Shown here piece by piece: positions 33,901 through 42,478 of a stretch of 64,000 bases of DNA (its first letter is position 1; the number at the start of each line of letters is the position of its first letter). Location: the NCBI RefSeq assembly GCF_011386835.1, contig NC_088815.1, positions 15,314,001-15,378,000 on the forward strand, given 5' to 3'. The stretch is from Chrysemys picta bellii (Eukaryota). A program made the translations under genes and the position numbers. The notes beneath the pieces are model-generated. The model was not told where the DNA came from. It did no database searches and saw only the letters and a program-made list of their open reading frames with translations.

Positions 33901-36900
33901 GCTGACACCTCATGGAGAATGTTACAGCCCACTGCGGTGAGACCTGATCCTTCCTTGAGCCCCACAGTCGCTGCATTCCCTTCCCCTCCTCCCGCACCTG
34001 GAGCCACAGCCCTCCCAACTGTGATGTCACAGCCGGTTGCTGCGGAGATGACTGTGATGTCACACACAGGGGATCATGACCTCAGCTGGGGGGGGAGGCA
34101 TAGCAGAGCTCCAAGGGGGACCAGGATCCTGGGTTCATGGCATCCTCCCTGGTAATAGAGAAGGACGGAGAAGGCAGCAGGAAATGGACGATATGTGAGC
34201 AGAATTGCTTCTAATCTAATTAGGATGTTTCTCCATGTTTTCCTGGAGGCATCTGTTGCTCCTTAACCCTTTCTGCCCCATGAGGCACATGGCCAGGAAA
34301 GGGGCTCCACCCCAGGCCCAGGCAAGAGGGGCAGGGCTGCCACACGACCTGAGGCCAGATGTCCAACCTGCGCCGTGGAGAACGTGAAACATCCCTGGTT
34401 CATGGCCAGAGGAAGAAATGCCCCTGTTTCCTCTTGTATCGTACACTTGGGAAGCAGTGTAACCCCAGCCCGATGTGCTGATCCAACGCACACGCATCCC
34501 CCCGGCATTGCATGCCCCGGCAACAACCGCAAGGCGAGCGAATGCCCCATCGATTGCCCCAGCAGCCAACGGGGCAAGAGGCTGAAAAAAGGGTTTCATT
34601 CAGAGCTCCCCCCAAGTCCCAGCTCTCCTCCCTTCCATTTGTGCACCGGGCTGGTCCTGAGCAGCAAAACACTGTGGGTGCTTGGTCCTGCACGCCCCCC
34701 AGCCCTAGGAGGGGCAGAGAGGCCCCCCAGTGGCTTAGGTGCTCATCGCACCAGCACCCCACCCCCTGAGCTTCCCCCCGGGCTGGAGCGTTAGCAGCAC
34801 CAGGGGACCCCACAGCCACCGGAGGATTCTGCTCCCAAGTGCTCCCTGCACTGCACGCTAGTGGCCGCGAGAACGGGAGAGTTGCCTGCATGCAAGATGC
34901 TTTTGCACTTTGCACCTTACTCTGCCAGGGCACGAAAGTAATGAGCCAGGAGCAGATTCCTGCCTGAAAGCCTCCCCTGGAGGAGCAACCCAATCCCTTC
35001 CCAGGCCTTGTGCAAACGCAAGCCGGGACCTGGGCACAGCTGCCGTCTGGCCAGGCCCGACTGCTAGTGACTCCCCGTCTCTCTCTGTGGTGCCGTGGGC
35101 CCCCCGAAAGCAGCACTCCGGTTTGGGGTGTTCATCTAGGTCACGCCAGCAGCCCTCTCCCCGGCACTGCCTGTACTTGGTGCCCTTAACGCATCTCTCC
35201 CCCGGCAGTCACCACCGACCCGCCGGCAGACGTCACCGTGAGCCGAGTTGGGGACCTGGAGGACCAGCTGAGCGTGCGCTGGAGCTCCCCGCCTGCGCTG
35301 AAGGATTTTCTCTTTCAAGCCAAGTATCAGATCCAGTACCGGGTGGAGGACAGTTCGGAGTGGAAGGTGAGCGTGAGGGAGCAAACACGCATGGCTGGGA
35401 CCCGGGACTCCAGTGGCCAACGCCTTACCCAGGGGGCCAGGAGACTGGAGCCAGACATGCCTGCTTAGAGAGGGACTGGCCTGGTGCTGGTGCTCAAAGC
35501 CCTGCCTGGGACTGGCCTGTCCCTCGCTCAGCGTGGGAGCCACATGGATCTCTGAGCATCCTTCCTCCCCGGAGAACAAGCTCCGAGTGGATCTCTGGGC
35601 ATCAAGGGAAGGCGTATTCCAGGCTGCTACAGGCTGGAACGTGCCTGGAACCCGCCTTCCTCCTCTCCCGGCAGGTCGTGGACGACGTAGGGAACCAGAC
35701 GTCCTGCCGGCTGGCAGGGCTGCGGCCCGGCACCGTGTACTTCGTCCAAGTTCGGTGTAACCCCTTCGGGATCTACGGCTCCAAAAAGGCCGGGATCTGG
35801 AGCGACTGGAGCAACCCCACGGCGGCCTCAACTCCTCGGAGCGGTGAGCAGCGCGGCCCTGCGGCAATAACCGTGGTGGGGGAGCGGGGAAGGGGCCCCT
35901 CGGAGTCCTCCGGCTCCACACTAGCACGGCCCGCAGGTCACAGGGGAGGAGGCTGGGGCCAGGGACCCAGCTCCCAGCTGATCTGCATGGGTCACTGGAG
36001 AGCCGAACCCAGGCTCCTCCAGTGGGAGAGGCTGCAGCAAGGGGCCTCGGGCTGGCAGCAGGTACTTGGCTGCCAGGAGGTGCACAGGCTCCCAGCTGGC
36101 GGGAGGGAGCCACGCGAATGCCCTCGGCCATGGGGTACCTCGGGACTGCGGTGCTGGGGCACTGGGCACGGCCCTTCCCTGCCAGGCCCTGTGCTGCGGG
36201 ATGGCAGCACCCACCCATGCCCTGTCCGAGAGGTGCTGCCTGGCCTGGGGTGAGGCGGAGCCGCCCCCCCCCCAGCCCCGGCTCCGTTGCAGCCAACACG
36301 CCAACTCCACCTTCTCCAGCTGAGGCTGTCGCTCGTCACAGCCCCCCCAGTTCGTTTGCCTTGGAGGGGTCCCTCCAGGCTCCCCAGCAGGCCGAGCGCC
36401 TCTGTAACACCCCACACTTCCCTCAGCCCGGAAATCCAGCCCAGCGCCTCCCCCCAGATGGCTCGGAGCGCCGACTCCCCTATTCCTCCCGGAGATGTAA
36501 CTTTCCTTGGCGTGCCGGGGGTCTTGGCACCCCGCCAGCTGCTGGAGTTCAGGGTCACCCCTCCCCGCCCCCCTTGGCTCTGGCAATAATTAGATTAACA
36601 TTCAGTCCTGCTGGGGCAGCCATTCCTCCCGCGCCATATGCAAATTGGCTGCTATTCACATTGTCTTTTGGGGGCGGTGGGGTTGGGAAGGGAGGGGGCA
36701 GGCGGGGTGGGGGGGCGGGGCAGGCTGCAGAGGCCCCAGCGGCCCAGCCTCTGCTTCCCCACTTTCCGGAGAGCGCTGGACGTGCGGAGAGGTTGTTCCC
36801 CCCTTGGCCCCGCTCTGTGCCCGGCACCTGGATTTCTTGCAAAGAAGCCAATTCGGAGCTCTGATTTCCCAGCCGGGAGAGAACGAACCTCGTTTCCACC

Positions 36901-38598
36901 CCTCACGCCGCGCCAGCACGGCCCCGCCGTTCAGCAGGGCTCTCCTGCCCTTATTTATGAGGTGGCGTCGATGTCACGCCTTCCCTGGGCATCTGCACCA
37001 TGGGATCAGTGGGGGAACAGCTTTGCCCCACCCTAGCCCTTGCTGGGGGACCAGCAGGCTCAGTCCCTGGACTGCACAACAGGGGGCGCACGGGACCTGC
37101 CATGCAAGGGCTGGGACCCCCACAGCTGCCCCCAGCCAGGAAAAGCCGCTGGGGGCTCAGCGCCGGAGGCAGGGGGATTCTTAGGCAGACAGAAGATTTT
37201 AGGTCACATTTGGAGGCATTAATCCTCATAGGAGGGTCCTGTCTAGACAGCTTTGCAAATCGCCATCACAGGCCCAGCCCCAGGGACCTGGGGTAGGAGC
37301 CCTCCTGCTTCCACCGGTGAGCTAACCGCCAGGGAAATGGCCCCCTCTTGTCAGTCCCAGAACGGAGGGTTCCCGCCCCACCCTCCGGTGCTGGCACTGC
37401 CAGAGCTGGACCCCGGGCCGCAGTTCCCATGTTGTGCATGAAACCCAGAACATGGCCAAAGACGAGCACGTCCGGGGCCACAGACGTGCCAGTGTTCCTG
37501 GCCATCCTCCAGCCCCAGCAGCTCCGCTCTGACCCCCTCTGCTCTCCCTGCCCAGATCGGGTCCCGGGCGTGTGCGACCCCAAGAGCGGCGAGCAGAACA
37601 CCACGCTGCGGCGGGAGCTCAAGCAGTTCTTCGGCTGGGTGAAGAAACACGCCTACGGCTGCTCCAACCTCAGCATCAAGCTCTACGACCAGTGGCGCGT
37701 CTGGCTGCAGAAATCCCACAAAACACGGAACCAGGTAGGTAAGGACCCTTCTCCGATTCCTTACATCTCGGTGCCGAGAGGGAGGTGGGCCGGGAGTTTG
37801 GGCGTCAGGTGCCCCCCACCCACGTCACCTGGCCCTGCGAGGAGGAGCAGAGTCTCCAGATGCACCGTCAGATCCCCCTTGCCCCCCTGGGAGCCGCTCT
37901 CCGTGGCCATCTCGCCTGCTGCAGCGCCCGCCCTGGGGCCAGGTTTCGCCAGCCCCGGGTGATCTGGAGACAGGGGCCAAGGCTGGGGTATCTGGGAGCC
38001 AGCCATCGGAGGTGGTCAGGCCTCTGCACTTTCCCGAAGCACAGGGGCTGAAGCAGAGACGGGGCTGCCCTCTGGATTTATACAGGGTCCCCGGCTCCTG
38101 GCATAGTGGCATCCTGATACATGCCAGCCAGTGCCCAGCCTGGCAGCAGGCCCTCATTCACCAGAGGCAGCATTCTTTGCCCCTGGCCATGAGGCTCGGC
38201 TGCCCCGCCCCACTCTGGAGAGGCAAAGCAGCTGCCCGCGCGTCCTGCCCCGCAAAGCTGAGTGCAGGACCTGGGGCTCTGGGTCCTGGAGCCGGCTCTG
38301 TTCCCCCTGCCCCACCGGCCTCCCACAGACATTCCCGCCTGGCCCTGAGCCCATGCCCCGGCCCTCGGTGCCCATGTGGCTGCCAGCCCCAGCAGTGAGC
38401 ACTCGAGGTTATAGGAGGAAGCAGACGCACCCCGCATGCTTTACAGTTGCTGGAGGGCAAACAGGCGGATGGGACGCAGACAGGCTGGGACCAGGGGAGG
38501 GTTGCTCTGCGGCTGGCCGGGCGGGCGGGGAGGCGGTTACTGCCTCTGGAAGCTGGGCTGTGCTCTCGTTCTAGGTGCTACCCGGCGATAAGCTGTAG
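21723..38598 (+). CDS. CRLF1: Cytokine receptor-like factor 1; join(21723..21777, 30098..30376, 31806..31935, 33158..33327, 35209..35366, 35675..35843, 37556..37734, 38575..38598), 1164 nt, 387 aa
   Basis: Ig-like domain, conserved Cys pairs ([13 protein letters not shown]), WSDWS motif at 35798-35812, C-terminal [30 protein letters not shown]. All phases join in frame. The first and last coding exons are less certain than the internal ones. Confidence 0.95.
21927..21977. repeat. Compound (GA)n(TG)n(GA)n microsatellite
   Basis: Directly visible. Confidence 0.9.
22200..23600. promoter_or_regulatory. CpG island in CRLF1 intron with a TATAAATA box at 23189-23196
   Basis: CpG-dense, with an isolated AT-rich TATA element. 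Confidence 0.6.
23611..23716. repeat. 30-bp tandem repeat, about 3.5 copies, each carrying AGAACAAT(G/A)G
   Basis: Unit ATTGAGAACAATGGAGA(A/G)TCCCCTCCCCC. Confidence 0.92.
23886..24152. repeat. Degenerate (TG)n microsatellite
   Basis: Interrupted TG runs. Confidence 0.9.
28371..28410 (+). mobile_element. 40-bp Penelope-type micro-insertion with a 12-bp TSD
   Basis: tagtctctaaggtgccacaagtactcctgttcttttttt flanked by AGGGAAGTTAGT at 28359-28370 and 28411-28422; family assignment is from memory. Confidence 0.65.
28960..29500. mobile_element. Composite old repeat with tRNA-like SINE heads in both orientations
   Basis: ggtggttagagcattcacccaggatgtaggaaactcaggatccagccc (A/B-box-like); inverse ctcccacatcccaggcgagtcgcctgaccactgggcta; no cloverleaf. 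Confidence 0.45.
30098..30376 (+). CDS. CRLF1: CRLF1 Ig-domain exon ([21 protein letters not shown]...AGSCLYVG)
   Basis: Long polyT tract then gctgcAG|; donor T|GTATGT. Confidence 0.95.
31806..31935 (+). CDS. CRLF1: CRLF1 exon ([23 protein letters not shown]...KYKLR)
   Basis: tttAG| acceptor, AG|GTATGG donor, 130 nt. Confidence 0.96.
32303..32543. repeat. 54-bp minisatellite, about 4.5 near-identical copies
   Basis: Unit GCCAGGACTCCTGGGGTCTATTCCCCGCTGTGGGAGGGAAGCAGGGGGCTGGGA. Confidence 0.96.
32519..32697 (+). mobile_element. MIR-like SINE whose head seeds the upstream minisatellite
   Basis: ttggttttcccatctatacagtggggctaat core; gtgctttgagatcct tail. Confidence 0.75.
33158..33327 (+). CDS. 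CRLF1: CRLF1 exon ([11 protein letters not shown]...LDILDV)
   Basis: tttgcAG| acceptor, G|GTGAGA donor, 170 nt. Confidence 0.96.
35209..35366 (+). CDS. CRLF1: CRLF1 exon ([21 protein letters not shown]...SSEWK)
   Basis: ggcAG| acceptor, AAG|GTGAGC donor, 158 nt. Confidence 0.96.
35675..35843 (+). CDS. CRLF1: CRLF1 exon with the WSXWS motif ([11 protein letters not shown]...[17 protein letters not shown])
   Basis: ggcAG| acceptor, G|GTGAGC donor, 169 nt. Confidence 0.96.
37556..37734 (+). CDS. CRLF1: CRLF1 exon ([25 protein letters not shown]...KTRNQ)
   Basis: cccAG| acceptor, CAG|GTAGGT donor, 179 nt. Confidence 0.95.
38575..38598 (+). CDS. CRLF1: CRLF1 terminal coding exon (VLPGDKL*)
   Basis: Acceptor ctcgttctAG|GTGCTACCCGGCGATAAGCTGTAG in phase 0; resembles the start of the mammalian last exon as I recall it. 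Confidence 0.72.
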   Translation: MLPGDKL

Positions 38599-39796
38599 CG
38601 CCCGCCGCGCTCGGCAGTGGCAGGAGAGCAGAGGGACACTGGGCTGGAGCTGCATGGAACCCGCGCGCGGCTGGACCTCACCCAGCCCTCAGGACCGGGG
38701 GGAAGGGCATGGACTTCCCCCCGCCCCAATCATTCTTCTCCAGCAGGGATAGGAAGAAACAGACTTGGACTTTGAACGTTTCCCCCAGGCGCTCCCCTCC
38801 CAGCACCCAGCCCTGCTCCCCGCCAGGGGCCCTGGTGCAGCCTCCCTGCAGTGCTGGGTGGGTTCCCAGCATTGCCGAGACACCCCGGTGGGGAGGGTCC
38901 CTCCCAGCACTGGAGGGGGGGTACTATCAGTGCCTACGAAGCACACCCCCAAAGGGGGTCAGGCTGCTGTCAGCTGGGCCTTGGCTGCTGGCCCGGTGGA
39001 GCCTGGCCTTGGCTGCAGGTTGCCCCCGGGGCAGAATTAAGAGGGGGGACCAGAGGGGCCTAATGGGCCTTGGACCGTTCACAGGAAGGGCCCTGGTTGA
39101 AGCCAGTCCTGGGCACTAGCGACCCATCAGCGGCCCCTGCATGAAATGAGTCTGGAGGGTCTTAGCTCCGTTCCCCCGGGAGCAGCGTCCCAGCCCCGAC
39201 CCACGGGAACTGGTGCTAACTGGGCTGCACTGGCGGCAGGCGAAGCATAGAACCAGCTCCCCGCACCCCGAGGGCACTCCCGGAGGGGCACCGCTGCTGG
39301 GCAGGAAAAACAGCGGGGCCTTTTACCTGCCAGAAAATCCCCCATCTCCCCAGGCAAAGTGCAAACGACGGGCAGGATGCTGCACACGCAGGCCCCTGTG
39401 CACGGCCCTGCTAGCGCACTGGAGTGCTAGGCACAGTGCCACCAACTGCATGGCACCTTTACGCTGCCCACGCTGCACCAAAGGGCCCCAGCCGCCTCAT
39501 GGAAACGACCGCCACCTCCCCCGCTGGGTCCCCCGGGCCGCCCAGCCCAGCCCAGCCCCACCCCAAGTGTCAGGGAAACTGTTTCTCTTTGTTTTCTGGC
39601 TGCACATTAAACACCAGAGCGCAGAGGCCTCTGCATTTGACGCTGTGCCCGTGGTTCTCCGAGCATTAGGCTCCAAACGGACATCATCCCTCAGTGCCCG
39701 CACGGACTCGCTCATTGCATACTCAGCGTCGCCGGCTTTAGCCAACCCTACCTCGGTCTGCGGGGGGGGGAGGTGCGCCCCCCCTTGCTTTTATTT

Positions 39797-39802
39797 AATA
39801 AA
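39797..39802 (+). terminator. CRLF1 polyadenylation signal AATAAA
   Basis: First canonical hexamer I found 3' of the stop; GU-rich tract downstream. Confidence 0.75.
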
Positions 39803-40416
39803 GGAAAGAAAAAAGATCTGGCCTGAGTGGGTGTGAGCAAGGGGCCCCTGGCCCCTGGCCCGTGGGGCTGGGAGTGTAAAAGCGTGTGTGTGTCTGTCTG
39901 TCTCCACAGCCGTGCACCAGTTTAACGTAAGGTGTGACTTCAAACCAGTGTATTTAGAGCAGTGCCGAAGGCCGCCTGGCTACTCTGAGTTGGCGCCAGC
40001 TCAGGGATAATTTGGTGATGCGGAAGTCGATCAGGAACTGGTTTGAGTTAAACCCTAATACAGGACTCAGACCAAATCAGCCTCCACCCCAGGTCTGCCC
40101 CCCAGTTAACTAAATCAGGGCAGTGTGTGCAGCGCGGGCCTGAGTGTGATACGCAGCACGGCCTGGCCAACTACACACCCCTCAGCCCCGTGCCCTGCCG
40201 GACGGGACTCCTCCCGCTGCAGCCTGGCTGGGGTTCCTGCTCCCGCTCCGCTCCCAGGGGAGGTGTGACAAGGCGCTGCACGGAACGCCCAGCACTGGTG
40301 CAGGCCCGAGCGAAGAGGTGCTGGGCTCAGGCCTCAGGTGCCCCGGCGGAGCTGCCTGAAGGGAGCCGTGCGTTGCACGTGAGCAGAGCTGTGTGTGCTT
40401 GAGGGGCAGCAGCAGA

Positions 40417-40645
40417 CAGGGCCGGCTCCAGGGTTTGGGCCGCCCCAAGCAGCCAAACAAACAAACAAACAAACAAAAAAGCCGCGATCGTGATCTGCGG
40501 CGGCAATTCGGCGGGAGGTCCTTCGCTCCGAGCAGGAGTGAGGGACCGTCCGCCGAATTGCCGCCGAACAGCTGGACGTGCCGCCCCTCTCTGGAGTGGC
40601 CGTCCCAAGCACCTGCTTGGTAAGCTGGTGCCTGGAGCAGCCCTG
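40417..40645. mobile_element. GC-rich Harbinger/PIF-type MITE
   Basis: TIRs CAGGGCCGGCTCCAGG / CCTGGAGCAGCCCTG; internal inverted GCGGCAATTCGGCGG / CCGCCGAATTGCCGC; (AAAC)n tract; TSD unresolved. Confidence 0.82.
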
Positions 40646-41635
40646 GCAGCAGAGCTCAGGGCAGGTTAGCAGGAGGGCTGGAGGTCAAGCCTGAGGGGTA
40701 GTGGGGACACCAGCTCCGCTGCACCCCTTCTCCTGGCGTGGGGCGGCCCTGCACACACCCCAGCCCCATGTCCCTCCTGGCTCTCCCAGTAACGAGAGGA
40801 TGCTGCCCTGTCTGGGGTCCAGCTGACCAAGGCGTTACACATGGCTGCCAGGGTCTCTGCAGACACAACCCCTCCCTCCTGGCTGAGACGCCACCGCCCT
40901 CCTCCCGGGGCTGCTCCCCAAGCCCTACCCCTCCAGGCTGGCCACAAAGAAAGCAAAAAGCCTTCCCCACCACAGTCCCCCCCACCCCCCGAGGCCTCCC
41001 CACTGGAGCCCAGGTCACGCCCTCACTGGGCTGCCCCCACCCTGGGGTCTCAGGGCTCCAGGAGGCATCTTCCTCTGCTCCACCCAAAGGGCACATCTTC
41101 CCCAGGGCCTGGCTGGATCGCATCACCAGTCACACGCCTGGACTGTGCCTCGCCTCCCCTATGACAAGGGGCCTCGGCAGAGTGGGGGGAGCCCAGGGCT
41201 GGAATGCGGGGGGCGGGGGGGGCCCTGCAGGTCAGGACTGAGTTTGTGGAGGAACTGGCACAGCCCCAGCCCACCTTGTCTTTGCCTCTGGCCCAGCATG
41301 TGACCAGCTGGCTGGGGCATGGGGCAGGTGCCCCTCGCCCGTTCCCGGGCACACTGCAGAGGCCAGGCAGCAGTGAGGTGGGCAGGGCTGTGGGGTGCCC
41401 GGCGCCGTGCTTGTGGGAAGGTCCATAGGGAGACAATCTAAGTTCCCAGAGCAGCCAGTGGCCAGAGTGCCCCAGGGGCTTGGGTACGAAAGGGGACGCT
41501 CTCACCATTCAGCCTGGCCCTCCAGAGCACGGTGATGGGCAGCCCCTGGCACCACCAGCCTGGGCTGGCAGCAGCACCTGTGGCATCTCACTGAGCGAAG
41601 GAGACAGCGACAGGACTCTGAGCTCCAGCCTGCCT

Positions 41636-41641
41636 TTTATT
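41636..41641 (-). terminator. REX1BD polyadenylation signal AATAAA
   Basis: TTTATT on the + strand, about 770 nt past the stop. Confidence 0.7.
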
Positions 41642-42405
41642 GAGCCACAAACCAGCGCCACCACCTCAGTCAGCGAGGACAAGACCGCGCCGGAGAACGT
41701 TACCTGCCTTCATAACGCCAGAGTTCTTCGCTTCATTCTTAAAACAAACTGCCTTGAACGAGGTCGCAGCCCGCGGTTAAAACACTTTGCTGCACCGCGG
41801 GGGGGGGGGGGGAAGAGGGGGTTCCCAAGCACCCAGAGGATTTAGGAGCATGGAAACCCCCCACAGCCACCTTGGCACTTGGAAGATCCCTCCCCAAATC
41901 TGCAGGTTTGGCTCTGTCTGCACTCAAAGGGCCCCTGGCTCTGCGGGGAGGGGGCGTTCAGCCCTGCTGGACAGACAGCGACATGTCTCGGCTGCCCGAT
42001 GGGCTCGAGGGCCCCCACCCAGCACCGAACTGGACGCTGGGGAAAGCTTGTCAAGGGAGCTCAGCCCCGATGCTCTCAGTGGGGGGTTCTCCATTGCACT
42101 CAGCACGGGAGGGGGGTTCCCCATTGTTCCCACTGGGAGCTGCTGGCTGTGGAGCCCTTTAGCAAACCTGCCCCTGTGCTGGGACAGCCCAGCGTCGAGC
42201 TGCTCCTCCGTTGCAAAGGCCGCTGCCCGCCTGGCAGAGCGGGCCCTGGACGTGTCTCTCGCAGGGGGTTGCTGGGGAGAGGATCCCGCCATGGGGAGCG
42301 AGACCCCGACGCGAGCAAGAGCCCCACAGTGCAGCCCAGCGCTCCACCCAGCTGGCCCCCTCCAGCGCTTCCCGCCTCCTCCGGCCATTCCCACGGGGAG
42401 ACCCA

Positions 42406-42478
42406 TCACTCGGCTTCTTCCGAATCGTACTTGAGGTCCTGGAGAATTTCGCTGATTGCCTCAATGGTTTTAATTAGC
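42406..42478 (-). CDS. REX1BD: REX1BD exon 5 (LIKTIEAISEILQDLKYDSEEAE*)
   Basis: ctcctAG| acceptor; TGA stop. Confidence 0.93.

Noticed and set aside
34910-36253. 447-aa + strand ORF
   Set aside because: Only the WSXWS exon part is CRLF1 coding; the rest is GC-rich intron that happens to lack stops
37076-37089. CTCF-like ACAACAGGGGGCGC
   Set aside because: Two mismatches in the 5' core; weak in a GC-rich background without a PWM scan
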